53,151 bases of DNA, taken from contig VAYX01000015.1 in assembly GCA_005885325.1 (NCBI GenBank), positions 1 through 53,151 on the forward strand, read 5' to 3'. Position numbers and translations under genes: made by a program. The DNA comes from Actinomycetota bacterium. Lineage in GTDB: Bacteria > Actinomycetota > UBA4738 > HRBIN12. Under the pieces are notes generated by a model. The model did not search any database. It saw only the letters and a program-made list of their open reading frames with translations, and had not been told where the DNA came from. This document shows, one piece after another, positions 7,725 to 17,826 of this stretch; within the stretch, counting starts at the first letter, position 1; each line of letters starts with the position of its first letter.

Positions 7725-9121
7725 GACCTGGCGGGCTGCTCCAGCAGGAACTTGCCGGCGCCCTCGGGCACCTCGATCGGGTACTCGCCGTCGAAGCAGG
7801 CCCGGCAGAAGTCGTCCTTGGGAGCACCGGTCGCCGCCACCATCCCGTCGAGCGACAGGTAGCCGAGCGAGTCGGCGCCCACGAACCGCCTGATCTCCTC
7901 CACGGACAGGTCGGAGGCCACGAGCTCGTGCCGGGTCGGCATGTCGATGCCGTAGAAGCACGGCCACTTGATCGGCGGGCACGTGATCCGGGTGTGGACC
8001 TCGGCCGCTCCGGCCTCTCGGAGCGCCTGCACGATCTGGCGGGTGGTCGTGCCGCGCACGATCGAGTCGTCGATCACCACGAGCCGCTTGCCTCGGATCG
8101 CGTCGGGGATCGGATTCAGCTTCAGCTTCACGCCGCGTTCGCGGAGCGATTGGGACGGTTGGATGAAGGTCCGGCCGACGTATCGGTTCTTCATCAGGCC
8201 CTCGCCGTACGGGATGCCCGACACCTCCGCGTACCCCTGGGCCGCAGAATGGCCGGTGTCAGGCACCGGGATCACCATGTCGGCTTGGGTAGGCGCCTCC
8301 ACGGCGAGTCGACGGCCGAGCTTGCGCCGAACCTCGTGCACGGTGGTTCCCTGGATCCGCGAGTCGGCCCGGGCGAGATACACGAACTCGAAGATGCACA
8401 GGGCCTTCCGCGGGCTCTCCGCGAAGCTCGCCGAGCGGGGTCCCCGGTCGTCGATCCTGATCAGCTCGCCCGGCTCGACGTCGCGGATGAACGTGGCCCC
8501 GACGATGTCGAGCGCGCATGTCTCCGATGCGACGCAATAGCCGTTCGGGAGCTTCCCGATCGACAGTGGTCGCAGGCCGTAGGGGTCGCGGGCGGCATAG
8601 AGGCTGCGTTCGTCCATCATCACGAAGCAGAACGCGCCGCGGAGATCCGGCAGCACCGCCAAAGAGGCGTCCCACAGGCCGGCCTCCAGGCGGCGGGCCA
8701 GGATGCCGGCCACGAGGTCCGAGTCCGTAGTCGCCGCGGCAGGCCGCCCCGATCGTTCGGCGAGCTCCGCCGTGTTGACCAGGTTGCCATTGTGACCGAG
8801 GGCCAGCGATCGCTCGCCATCCGTCTTGAACGCGGGCTGCGCGTTCTCCCACGTGGTCGAGCCGGTCGTGGAATAGCGCGTGTGACCGATCCCCAGATCA
8901 CCCTGGAGGGTTCGCAGGGTGGCCTCGTTGAACACCTGCGAGACCAGGCCGAGCTCCTTGAAGACCAGAAGGTGTTGGCCGTCCGAAACGGCCATGCCGG
9001 CCGATTCCTGCCCTCGGTGCTGCTGGGCGAACAGACCGAAGTAGGTGAGCCTGGAAACGTCCTCGCCCGGCGCCCAGACGCCGAAGAGGCCGCATTCCTC
9101 TTTCGGGCTCTCCGCTCCCAC
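7721..9121 (-). CDS. purF: amidophosphoribosyltransferase (Fe-S type with short propeptide)
   Basis: Propeptide followed by the catalytic Cys (MGAESPKEECGLFGVW). PRPP loop VVIDDSIVRGTT. C-terminal Cys cluster FCRACFDGEYP. Confidence 0.95.
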   Translation of the reverse strand: MGAESPKEECGLFGVWAPGEDVSRLTYFGLFAQQHRGQESAGMAVSDGQHLLVFKELGLVSQVFNEATLRTLQGDLGIGHTRYSTTGSTTWENAQPAFKTDGERSLALGHNGNLVNTAELAERSGRPAAATTDSDLVAGILARRLEAGLWDASLAVLPDLRGAFCFVMMDERSLYAARDPYGLRPLSIGKLPNGYCVASETCALDIVGATFIRDVEPGELIRIDDRGPRSASFAESPRKALCIFEFVYLARADSRIQGTTVHEVRRKLGRRLAVEAPTQADMVIPVPDTGHSAAQGYAEVSGIPYGEGLMKNRYVGRTFIQPSQSLRERGVKLKLNPIPDAIRGKRLVVIDDSIVRGTTTRQIVQALREAGAAEVHTRITCPPIKWPCFYGIDMPTRHELVASDLSVEEIRRFVGADSLGYLSLDGMVAATGAPKDDFCRACFDGEYPIEVPEGAGKFLLEQPARS

Positions 9122-9147
9122 CTGTGCAGCGATGCTAACAGGGCCCG

Positions 9148-11349
9148 TCAGCCTGCGAGCAGCTTTGGGATGGCACTCTCGTGGGCGGACCGAGCTTCCT
9201 CGACCGTGATCTCCAGGAGCGAATCGACGACCATCCCCGGTCCGCCGGTCTCGCCCAGGCGCGAGAGCGGTAGGTGGTGCGCCGACGCCAGCGATTCCAG
9301 CGCCTCACCGTTCTCCGGGGCAACCGAAACGACGGCGCGCGAGGCCGATTCGGAGAAGAGCGCCACGTACCAGGGCTCGTCCCCCGGAAGCGACACGGCG
9401 AACCCCGTGTCGCCGGCCAGGGCCGACTCGGCGAGGGCGACGGCCAGGCCTCCCTCGGAGCAGTCGTGGGCCGAGGCCAGGAGGTCGCCGCGGGCCCCTT
9501 CCACCAGCATCCGATGGAGCGATGCCTCGCGGGCCAGGTCGAGCGCCGGCGGGTGCCCGGAGACGGTCCCCAGCACGACCTCGGCGAACTCCGAGCCGCC
9601 GAGCTCGGGAAAGGTCTCGCCCACCAGGTAGACGAGGAACCCCGGACCGGGGAAGCCCGGCCGCACGAGGAGCCGGTAGTCCTCGATGAGCCCGAGCATC
9701 CCGATGATCGGCGTGGGCCAGATCGCGGACCCGCCCGACTCGTTGTAGAAGCTCACGTTCCCCCCGGTCACGGGGGTTCCGAAGCTCCGGCAGGCATCCG
9801 CCATCCCCCGGATCGACTCGGCGAACTGCCACATCACCTCGGGCCGCTCGGGGTTGCCGAAGTTCAGGCAATTCGTGATGGCCAGGGGCGTTGCCCCCAT
9901 CACCGCCACGTTGCGTGAGGCTTCGGCCACCGCGTGCGCTGCACCGAGGTAGGGATCGAGGTGCCCGAACCGGCCGCTGCCGTCGCAGGAGAGCGCCAGG
10001 GCCCTCAACGTCCCCTCGACGCGGATCACCGCGGCATCGCTGCCCGGACGAGCCACCGTGGCGCCCTGCACCAGCTGGTCGTATTGCTCGAACGCCCACT
10101 GCTTCGACGCCACGTTCGGCGAGGACAGGACGGCGAGGAACGCCTCCCGTGGGTCGCTGTCCACGATGGCGAACGTGGGGTCGTCCTCCAGGATCTCGTG
10201 CCGCCCTCGCGGCGGCTCCATCGGCCGCTCGTAGGCCGGTCCATCGTCCGCCAGAGAGCGGGCCGGCACGTCGGCGACCACCGCGCCCCCCATGCGGACG
10301 ATGAGGCGGCCGCCGTCGACGAGCCACCCCACGACCGCGGACGACAGTCCCCACTTTGAGCAGACGCCGTGGACTTCATCCAGCCGGGCGGGGTCCACCA
10401 CGGCGAGCATCCGCTCCTGCGACTCGCTCGTCAGGATCTCGAACGCCTCCAGGCCCGCCTCGCGGAGCGGCACCGCGTCGAGATCCAACTCCGCCCCCAT
10501 CCCAGCCCTGGCCGCCGATTCACTCGCCGCGCAGGTCAGCCCGGCCCCACCCAGATCCTGCAGGCCGAGGAGCAGTCCACCCTCGACGAGCTCGAGGCAG
10601 GTCTCGATGAGCAGCTTCCCGGCGAAGGGATCGCCGATCTGCACACTCGGCCGGGAGACCGCCGCGTCCTCCTCGATCGTCCGCGACGCGAGCACGGACA
10701 CCCCCCCGATCCCGTCGCGGCCCGTGGCTGCGCCGATCAGCAGCAACATCGATCCCTCGGGGACGTCGGGCGCCGCCGTCACCAGCCGGTCCGCCGGCGC
10801 CACCCCCACGCACATCACGTTGACCGTCGGGTTCGCCGAGTGGGGCTCGGCGAACTGGATCTCGCCCCCCACGGTCGGCACGCCGATGCAGTTGCCGTAG
10901 CCGCCGATCCCGGCCACCACGCCGGCGAACAGGAGCCGGTTGCGCTCCTCGGTGAGCGGCCCGAACCGAAGGGGGTCGAGGAGGGCCATAGGCCGGGCCC
11001 CCATCGACACGATGTCGCGGACGATGCCGCCCACGCCCGTCGCCGCCCCCTGGTAGGGCTCGACGGCGGAGGGGTGCGAGTGAGACTCCATCTTGAACAC
11101 GGCGGCCAGCCCGTTCCCGATGTCGACGGCGCCGGCATCCTGCCCCGGGCCCACCAGCACCTGCGGCCCCTCGGTGGGCAGGGTCCGAAGGTGGACCTTG
11201 CTCGACTTGTACGAACAGTGCTCCGACCACATGGCCGCATACATCGCCAGCTCGATGCGGTTGGGGTCGCGGCCGAGCGTGGCCCGGATCCCGTCGAGCT
11301 CCTCGTCGGTCAGGCCCAGGGACTGGTGGAGCGGCTGGTCGACCTTCAC
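9148..11349 (-). CDS. purL: phosphoribosylformylglycinamidine synthase subunit PurL
   Basis: EHCSYKSSK, two AIR-synthase-like repeats, length about 733 aa. GTG 11349 lies 1 nt after the purQ stop. The ATG at 11433 would overlap purQ. Confidence 0.93.
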   Translation of the reverse strand: MKVDQPLHQSLGLTDEELDGIRATLGRDPNRIELAMYAAMWSEHCSYKSSKVHLRTLPTEGPQVLVGPGQDAGAVDIGNGLAAVFKMESHSHPSAVEPYQGAATGVGGIVRDIVSMGARPMALLDPLRFGPLTEERNRLLFAGVVAGIGGYGNCIGVPTVGGEIQFAEPHSANPTVNVMCVGVAPADRLVTAAPDVPEGSMLLLIGAATGRDGIGGVSVLASRTIEEDAAVSRPSVQIGDPFAGKLLIETCLELVEGGLLLGLQDLGGAGLTCAASESAARAGMGAELDLDAVPLREAGLEAFEILTSESQERMLAVVDPARLDEVHGVCSKWGLSSAVVGWLVDGGRLIVRMGGAVVADVPARSLADDGPAYERPMEPPRGRHEILEDDPTFAIVDSDPREAFLAVLSSPNVASKQWAFEQYDQLVQGATVARPGSDAAVIRVEGTLRALALSCDGSGRFGHLDPYLGAAHAVAEASRNVAVMGATPLAITNCLNFGNPERPEVMWQFAESIRGMADACRSFGTPVTGGNVSFYNESGGSAIWPTPIIGMLGLIEDYRLLVRPGFPGPGFLVYLVGETFPELGGSEFAEVVLGTVSGHPPALDLAREASLHRMLVEGARGDLLASAHDCSEGGLAVALAESALAGDTGFAVSLPGDEPWYVALFSESASRAVVSVAPENGEALESLASAHHLPLSRLGETGGPGMVVDSLLEITVEEARSAHESAIPKLLAG

Positions 11350-11350
11350 C

Positions 11351-12061
11351 TCACACCCTGGCGAGCGCGTACGTGAGGAGCGAGGCGAAGAGGGGCTGCC
11401 CCCCCGTTGGTCCGACGTCGGGATCCACGGCATGCTCGGGGTGCGGCATGAGTCCGACCACGTTTCCCTGCGGGCTCCTGATCCCCGCGATCCAGCCGGC
11501 GCTCCCGTTCACGTTGTGCTCGTCATCGAGCTCGCCACCCGGACCGCAGTATCGGAACGTGACCAGCGCCTCGGCCTCGATCCGCGCCAGCTCGTCGGGG
11601 CGAGCCACGAACTGGCCCTCGCCGTGCTTCACCGGGATCCGCAGCACCTCGCCTGGGACCAGGCCCTCGGTGAGCGTCGAGAGCGAGGTCTCCACCCGCA
11701 CGTCCACGAACCGGCACACGAACCGGAGCTGACGATTGCGGATGAGGGCTCCGGACAACAGGCCGGCCTCGCACAGGATCTGGAACCCGTTGCAGATGCC
11801 GACCACCGGCCCGCCCCGGCCGGCGAAGGCCCGGACCTCCTCCATGATCGGGGCGAACCGGGCGAGCGCGCCCGTCCGCAGGTAGTCACCGTAGGAGAAC
11901 CCTCCGGGGAGGATGACCGCATCCACTCCGCGAAGGTCGCGATCGCCGTGCCACAGCGGGACGCCATCGCCACCCATGAGCGCAACGGCGCGAAGCGCGT
12001 CCCGATCGTCGAGGGACCCGGGGAACGTCACCACGCCGACGCGGGGCGTGCCGGCGCTCAC
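11351..12061 (-). CDS. purQ: phosphoribosylformylglycinamidine synthase glutaminase subunit PurQ
   Basis: GICNGFQIL (nucleophile Cys) and MPHPEHA (His/Glu of the triad). GTG 12061 overlaps the purS stop (GTGA). Confidence 0.93.
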   Translation of the reverse strand: MSAGTPRVGVVTFPGSLDDRDALRAVALMGGDGVPLWHGDRDLRGVDAVILPGGFSYGDYLRTGALARFAPIMEEVRAFAGRGGPVVGICNGFQILCEAGLLSGALIRNRQLRFVCRFVDVRVETSLSTLTEGLVPGEVLRIPVKHGEGQFVARPDELARIEAEALVTFRYCGPGGELDDEHNVNGSAGWIAGIRSPQGNVVGLMPHPEHAVDPDVGPTGGQPLFASLLTYALARV

Positions 12062-12339
12062 GAGACGTCCTCGAACCGGGGATCTGGAAGAGGGGCCGTC
12101 GACACGATGCGATAGCTCTCGATCACGGGGTTCGACAGCAGCCGCTGCGCCATCTCGTCCACTTGCGAGACGGCTGCCGCTTCCGTCTCCGCGTCCACCA
12201 CGAGCTCCACGTGCTTTCCCACCCGCACGTTCGAGGCGTTCGCCCAGCCCATCGCGGGAAGCGATCCTTCGATGGCCTTGCCCTGGGGATCGAGGAGCCC
12301 CGGCTTCAACGACACGATGACCTGGAACTGGTACTTCAT
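12058..12339 (-). CDS. purS: phosphoribosylformylglycinamidine synthase subunit PurS
   Basis: 93 aa, MKYQFQVIVSLKPGLLDPQGKAIEGSL. Its ATG overlaps the purC stop (ATGA). Confidence 0.9.
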   Translation of the reverse strand: MKYQFQVIVSLKPGLLDPQGKAIEGSLPAMGWANASNVRVGKHVELVVDAETEAAAVSQVDEMAQRLLSNPVIESYRIVSTAPLPDPRFEDVS

Positions 12340-13238
12340 CCCCGGTCCGGCACTCCCATGCGCTGACGGTACCAGTCGAACCGCTCGCCGGTGATCCGTT
12401 CGTAGGCCTCCCGGTAGGTGTGTTCGGTCCGCTCGACCACGCCGGCCGGGAGCTCCGGCGGCGGTGGCTCGTGGTCCCACCCGCTCGCATCGAGCCAGTC
12501 CCGGACGTACTGCTTGTCGAACGATGGTTGGGGCGTGCCGGGCGCGTAGCCATCGGCCGGCCAGAAGCGAGACGAGTCCGGCGTGAGCACCTCGTCCACC
12601 AGGATCAACTCGCCATCGACGAAGCCGAACTCGAACTTCGTGTCGGCCACGATGATGCCGCGTTGTCGGGCGATGTCCGCCCCTCGCTCGTAAAGCCGGA
12701 CCGTCACCTCGCGGAGGCGTTCGGCCAGCCCCTCCCCGACCAGGTCCACGGTCTCCTCGAACGTGAGCGGCAGGTCGTGGCCCTCGGCAGCCTTCGTCGT
12801 CGGCGTGAAGATGGGCTCGGGCAGCCGATGGGCCTCGCCCAGGCCCGGTGGAAGGGGCACCCCGCACACATGGCCTTCGGCCAGGTATTGCTTGAGTCCC
12901 GACCCCGTCAGGTAGCCCCGGGCCACGCATTCGACCGGGACCACCTCCGCCCTGCGGACGAGCATGGACCGGCCGGCAAGAGACGCATCGCTTCGGAACG
13001 GCTCCGGGAAGTCCGACCGATCCGGGCTCAGGAGATGGTTGCCGATAACGTCGGCCGTCCTGTCGAACCAGAACAGTGAGAGCCCGCAGAGTATCCGGCC
13101 CTTGTCGGGGATGGGGTTTCGAAGGACGACGTCGAATGCCGAGATCCGGTCCGTGGCCACGAGCAACAGGCGGTCGTCGCCGACATCGTAGATGTCGCGG
13201 ACCTTGCCCCTGGTCAGGAGCTTCACCGCTTCGGTCAC
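12336..13238 (-). CDS. purC: SAICAR synthetase
   Basis: GKVRDIYDVG and ATDRISAFDVVL. GTG 13238 overlaps the purB stop (GTGA). Confidence 0.93.
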   Translation of the reverse strand: MTEAVKLLTRGKVRDIYDVGDDRLLLVATDRISAFDVVLRNPIPDKGRILCGLSLFWFDRTADVIGNHLLSPDRSDFPEPFRSDASLAGRSMLVRRAEVVPVECVARGYLTGSGLKQYLAEGHVCGVPLPPGLGEAHRLPEPIFTPTTKAAEGHDLPLTFEETVDLVGEGLAERLREVTVRLYERGADIARQRGIIVADTKFEFGFVDGELILVDEVLTPDSSRFWPADGYAPGTPQPSFDKQYVRDWLDASGWDHEPPPPELPAGVVERTEHTYREAYERITGERFDWYRQRMGVPDRG

Positions 13239-14548
13239 GGCTCCCCGCCCACGGTCAGCTTGGCCAGCCGGTCGAACACCACGTCGAGGTTCCGCACGTA
13301 CCGGCCCGGGTCGAACAGCTCCGCGAGATTCGCGGCGCTCAGCAGCCGCGCCGCGTTCGGGTCCGCCTCGAGCTCGCCCCTGAAGTCCTTCCCCTCGTCC
13401 CACGCCGCGGCCGCCGCGGCTTGCACGATCCGGTAGGCCTCATCGCGAGGCATCCCCCGTTCCACCAAGGCGAGCAGCACTGCCTGCGAGTACACCAGGC
13501 CGCCACCCGCATCGAGGTTCTCCAGCATCCGCTCCGGGAAGACCTCGAGCCCGTCGAGCACCTCCGTGAGCTCGGCCAACATGAAGTGCACCGCGGTGGT
13601 CGAGTCGGGGAAGATCACCCGTTCGGCAGACGAGTGCGAGATGTCGCGCTCGTGCCACAGCACGACGTTCTCCAGGGCGGGTTGGAGGTTGGCCCGCACC
13701 ACGCGGGCCAACCCGGTGATCCGCTCGCAGCGGACGGGGTTCCGCTTGTGGGGCATCGCCGACGAGCCCTTCTGCCCCTCGGCGAAAGGCTCCTGCACCT
13801 CCCGGACCTCGGTCCTGGCCAGATTGCGGATCTCGGTGGCGATCACGTCGAGCGACGAGGCGAGGATGGCGAGCGCCGCCATGTACTCGGCATGCCGATC
13901 GCGCGAGACGACCTGGCTGCTCGCCTCGGCAGGCCGAAGCCCGAGCTCGCCGAAGACGTGCTCCTCCACCCGCGGGTCGAGCTGGGCGTAGGTCCCGACT
14001 GCCCCCGAGACCTTCCCCACCGACACGGCCTCGCGGGCCCGCCGCAGCCGCTCCCGGTCCCGATCGAACTCGAAGGCCCACAGGGCAAGCTTGTGGCCGA
14101 AGCTGGTCGGCTCGGCGTGCACGCCGTGGGTCCGGCCCGCCATCAGCGTGTCCCGGTGCTCCAGGGCCATCCGCTTCACCGTGCCGAGCAGCCGCTCGGT
14201 TCGAGTGAGCAGGAGGTCGGCCGCCTCGCGGAGCTGCAGGGCGAAGCCGGTGTCGAGCACGTCGGAGGACGTCAGGCCGAAATGGATCCACCGCCCGGCC
14301 GGTCCCACCGACTCCGCCACGCACTGGACGAACGCCGCGACATCGTGCCTCGTGACCTCCTCCAACTCGCGGACGCGATCGACGGTGAACGATGCACGTT
14401 CGCGGACGGTCCGGGCATCCTCCGCAGGGATGGTGCCCACGCGGGCCCATGCCTCGACGGCCAGGACCTCGATCTCCAGCCAATGGCGGAGCCGAGCCTC
14501 ATCCGACCAGACGGCCGCCATCTCCGGCGCGGTGTAGCGAGGGATCAT
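13235..14548 (-). CDS. purB: adenylosuccinate lyase
   Basis: Fumarate-lyase signature [11 protein letters not shown]. Length 437 aa. Confidence 0.95.
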   Translation of the reverse strand: MIPRYTAPEMAAVWSDEARLRHWLEIEVLAVEAWARVGTIPAEDARTVRERASFTVDRVRELEEVTRHDVAAFVQCVAESVGPAGRWIHFGLTSSDVLDTGFALQLREAADLLLTRTERLLGTVKRMALEHRDTLMAGRTHGVHAEPTSFGHKLALWAFEFDRDRERLRRAREAVSVGKVSGAVGTYAQLDPRVEEHVFGELGLRPAEASSQVVSRDRHAEYMAALAILASSLDVIATEIRNLARTEVREVQEPFAEGQKGSSAMPHKRNPVRCERITGLARVVRANLQPALENVVLWHERDISHSSAERVIFPDSTTAVHFMLAELTEVLDGLEVFPERMLENLDAGGGLVYSQAVLLALVERGMPRDEAYRIVQAAAAAAWDEGKDFRGELEADPNAARLLSAANLAELFDPGRYVRNLDVVFDRLAKLTVGGEP

Positions 14549-14582
14549 GGCCGCCCACCCCGCGGAAGGCAGGGGCCGACCC

Positions 14583-15056
14583 TCACAGCCTGAGACCCTC
14601 CGCCAGGTCGTCCTTGAACTTCCACAGCCGGGCCTGGATCTCGGGGTCGGCGACCCCCACGATCTCCGCCGCCAGCACCGCCGCGTTCACGGCGGCATCC
14701 ACCCCCACGGTGGCGACCGGGACGCCGGCCGGCATCTGGGCCGTCACGATCAGGGCCTGCTCGCCCCCCATCTGATCGCTGGCGATGGGGACGCCGATCA
14801 CCGGGAGGACCGTCCGCGCAGCCGCTGCGGCCGCCAGGTGCCCCGTGATCCCCGTGGTGCAGACCAGGACCTTCAGCCCCCGATCGAAGGCGGTCCGCGC
14901 GTATTCGTCCACGAGATCGGGGTTGCGAGAGGACGACATCACCTGGATCTCGTGGGGGAGCTCGAGCTTCTCCAGGATCGCCGTGGCCTGCTGCATGACG
15001 GAGAGCTCGGCAGGGGATGCGGCCAGGACGCCGACCACCGGGGTGTCCCCTCTCAT
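14583..15056 (-). CDS. PurE-family (N5-CAIR mutase-like) protein, divergent active-site motifs
   Basis: Collinear with PurE over its whole length (VLPVIGVPI, QMPAGVPVATVG, AAVLAAEI). It has SSSR where PurE has SAHR, and ASPAE where PurE has GSxSD. ATG 15056 overlaps the purD stop (ATGA). Confidence 0.75.
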   Translation of the reverse strand: MRGDTPVVGVLAASPAELSVMQQATAILEKLELPHEIQVMSSSRNPDLVDEYARTAFDRGLKVLVCTTGITGHLAAAAAARTVLPVIGVPIASDQMGGEQALIVTAQMPAGVPVATVGVDAAVNAAVLAAEIVGVADPEIQARLWKFKDDLAEGLRL

Positions 15057-16327
15057 CCAGCCTCCGTCACATCTGCCGCGATATCCCTGCGGAAGTGCAT
15101 CCCCGGGAAGGAGATGCGCGAACACGCCTGGTACGCACGATCCCTGGCCTCCTCCGCCGTGGCGCCGAGGGCGCTCACCGCGAGGACCCGTCCTCCCGCG
15201 GTGACCACTCTACCCCGTCGTTCCGCCGTGCCGGCGTGGAAGATGACGACGTCGTCGATCGCGCCGGCCTCGTCGAGGCCATCGATCACGAAGCCGGTCT
15301 CGTACGGCCCCGGGTACCCGCCGGAGGCGAGGACGACGGTGACGCAGACGTCCGAGGCCCACAGCGCCTTGTAGTTGCCGATGTTGCCCTCGACCGAGGC
15401 CAGCAGCATCTCGCCGAGGTCCGAACGAAGGCGGGGCACGATGGCCTGGGTCTCGGGATCGCCGAACCGGCAGTTGAACTCGAGGACCTTGGGACCGTCC
15501 TCGGTGACCATGAGCCCGGCGTAGAGCAGGCCCGCGTACCGGACCCCTTCGGACTCCATGGCCCGCACCGTGCGCACCAGCACCTCGTCCCAGATACGAC
15601 GCTCCATGCCCTCGTCGACCCAGGGGACCGGGGAGTAGGCCCCCATGCCTCCGGTATTGGGCCCCATGTCGCCGTCGCCGGCCCGCTTGAAGTCCTGGGC
15701 CAGGACGAGCGGGACCACCTCGCGGCCGTCGGTCAGCCCGAAGGCCGAGACTTCCCTGCCGGTGAGGTGCTCCTCGACCAAGACGACCGCTCCCGCCTCG
15801 CCGAACGCCCGGTCGATGAGGCACACGCGCAGGGCGGCGATGGCGTCGCTCCGGTCGTCGGCGATGACCACGCCCTTGCCGGCGGCGAGCCCATCGGCCT
15901 TGATCACATACGGCGGCTCCAGCTCGTTCAGGTACGCGATGGCCGTGTCCAGGTCGGTGAACGACCGGGAGCGCCCGGCCGGGACCCCGTACTTGTGGCA
16001 CAGCTCCTTGGCCCACGCCTTCGACCCCTCGATCCTGGCCGCGTCCCTGGTCGGACCGAACGCCCGGTGCCCCTCGGCATCCAGCTCGTCCACCAGGCCC
16101 TTCACCAGCGGCGTCTCCGGGCCCACCACGGTGAGGTCGATCGACTCCCGCCGGACCAGGTCGACGATGCCGCGCGTGTCGTCCGGATCCACCGGAACGC
16201 AGGTGGCGTCGACGGCGATCCCGGGATTGCCCGGCGCGGCGAACAGCCGGTCGACCGTCGGGTTCTGGGCCAGCCGCCACACGAGCGCGTGCTCCCGCCC
16301 TCCCCCGCCGATGACGAGGATCCTCAT
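15053..16327 (-). CDS. purD: phosphoribosylamine-glycine ligase
   Basis: [15 protein letters not shown] and [12 protein letters not shown]. The ATG overlaps the purA stop (ATGA). Confidence 0.95.
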   Translation of the reverse strand: MRILVIGGGGREHALVWRLAQNPTVDRLFAAPGNPGIAVDATCVPVDPDDTRGIVDLVRRESIDLTVVGPETPLVKGLVDELDAEGHRAFGPTRDAARIEGSKAWAKELCHKYGVPAGRSRSFTDLDTAIAYLNELEPPYVIKADGLAAGKGVVIADDRSDAIAALRVCLIDRAFGEAGAVVLVEEHLTGREVSAFGLTDGREVVPLVLAQDFKRAGDGDMGPNTGGMGAYSPVPWVDEGMERRIWDEVLVRTVRAMESEGVRYAGLLYAGLMVTEDGPKVLEFNCRFGDPETQAIVPRLRSDLGEMLLASVEGNIGNYKALWASDVCVTVVLASGGYPGPYETGFVIDGLDEAGAIDDVVIFHAGTAERRGRVVTAGGRVLAVSALGATAEEARDRAYQACSRISFPGMHFRRDIAADVTEAG

Positions 16328-17598
16328 CCGACCGGCAGGCTCTGTTCGCGGGCCGGGCCGACGGAGACCACGCCGATCCGCACGCCGGCCAGGTCCTGGA
16401 GACGTTCCACGTACTTGCGGGCCGCCGGCGGAAGGTCACCGAAGGAGCGGGCCTCGGAGAGCGACTCGTCCCACCCCTCCAGTTCCTCGTACACCGGCTG
16501 AGCCCGGTGGAACAGCGACTGGTGCGGAGGGACATCCTCGAACGTCTCTCCGTCCGCGACGTATCCCGTACACACCTTGATCGTGGGGAACCCCGAGAGC
16601 ACGTCGAGCTTGGTGAGGAAGATCTCGGACAGGCCGTTCAGCCGTGCCGCGTACCGGACCAGCACGGCGTCGAACCACCCGCACCGCCGCTTGCGTCCGG
16701 TGGTGGTGCCGAACTCCTTCCCCGCCTCTCCCAAGCGCTCGCCGTCGGGCCCAGGGTCCTCGGTGGGGAACGGTCCCGATCCGACCCTGGTCACGTAGGC
16801 CTTGGTCACCCCGATCACCCGGTCCACCTCCATGGGCCCCACGCCGGCCGAGGCCAGGGCGAATCCGGCCACCGGGTTCGACGATGTGACGAACGGGTAC
16901 GTCCCGTGATCCAGGTCGAGGAGCGTTCCCTGCGCCCCCTCGAACAGGACGTTCTCCCCGGCTCGAAGGCCTTCGTACAGCAGCCTCGACGTGTCGGCGA
17001 CGTGCGGGCGCAGTCGCTCGCCGTAGGCCCGATAGTCCTCGACGATGGTGTCGGCCGAGAGCGGCAGCCGATTGTAGACCTTGGTCAGGAGGAGGTTCTT
17101 CTCCTTCAGGACGACCTCCAACTTCTCACGGAAGATCTTGGGGTCGAACAGATCCTGGAGCCGGAGCCCGATCCGGGCCGCCTTGTCGGCATAGGCGGGC
17201 CCGATGCCCCGCTTGGTCGTCCCCAGCGCGTGCTTGCCGAGATGGCGCTCGGTCACCTTCTCCAGCTCCAGGTGATACGGCATGATCAGGTGCGCGTTGC
17301 CGGACACGACGAGGCGCGAGACGTCGATCCCCAGTCCGGACAACGTGTCCATCTCTTCGAGCAGCACCCCAGGATCCACGACCACCCCGTCGGCGATGAC
17401 CGACGTGAGGTGCGAGTACAGGATCCCGGAAGGGACGAGGTGAAGCTTCAGGAGATGCCCCTCGGCCACCACCGTATGTCCGGCGTTGTTGCCCCCCTGG
17501 TACCGGACCACGAACCGCATCTGGTCGGCCAGGTAATCGGTGACCTTACCCTTGCCCTCGTCCCCCCACTGGGTCCCGACGACGATCGAGGCCGGCAT
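16324..17598 (-). CDS. purA: adenylosuccinate synthetase
   Basis: [12 protein letters not shown]-loop, [18 protein letters not shown]. Confidence 0.95.
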   Translation of the reverse strand: MPASIVVGTQWGDEGKGKVTDYLADQMRFVVRYQGGNNAGHTVVAEGHLLKLHLVPSGILYSHLTSVIADGVVVDPGVLLEEMDTLSGLGIDVSRLVVSGNAHLIMPYHLELEKVTERHLGKHALGTTKRGIGPAYADKAARIGLRLQDLFDPKIFREKLEVVLKEKNLLLTKVYNRLPLSADTIVEDYRAYGERLRPHVADTSRLLYEGLRAGENVLFEGAQGTLLDLDHGTYPFVTSSNPVAGFALASAGVGPMEVDRVIGVTKAYVTRVGSGPFPTEDPGPDGERLGEAGKEFGTTTGRKRRCGWFDAVLVRYAARLNGLSEIFLTKLDVLSGFPTIKVCTGYVADGETFEDVPPHQSLFHRAQPVYEELEGWDESLSEARSFGDLPPAARKYVERLQDLAGVRIGVVSVGPAREQSLPVG

Positions 17599-17610
17599 GA
17601 CCTCCCCTGC

Positions 17611-17814
17611 TTATCGCTCCAGGCGGAACCGGATCTCCACGTGCGTGTGGTACTCGGTGATCTTGTTGCCCTCGACCACGGCCGAGGTCCCGAGGATGTC
17701 CATCCCCTCGATACCGCGGATCGTCTTCGACGCCTCGTTCAGCGCCTGATGCGCGGCATCCCTCCACGACTCCGATGACACGCCGACCAGGTCGATCGTC
17801 TTGATGACCGCCAT
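17611..17814 (-). CDS. dodecin-family protein
   Basis: 67 aa. V-I-K-x-I-D-LVG-x-S..A...A...A.KT(I)R...ITEY.....I.FRLE matches the dodecin fold pattern. The Trp of the usual LDWFEV motif is Gly here (IEGMDIL). Confidence 0.7.
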   Translation of the reverse strand: MAVIKTIDLVGVSSESWRDAAHQALNEASKTIRGIEGMDILGTSAVVEGNKITEYHTHVEIRFRLER

Positions 17815-17826
17815 TCCATCCCCCTC

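Noticed and set aside
7725-7982. Upstream extensions of the purM, purL (to 11433), purQ (to 12553), purC (to 13403), purE (to 15125), grpE (to 29960), dcd (to 40658) and nth (to 43091) ORFs.
   Set aside because: Each extension overlaps the preceding gene and has junk composition. In every case a GTG/ATG that overlaps or abuts the upstream stop gives the family-typical N-terminus.
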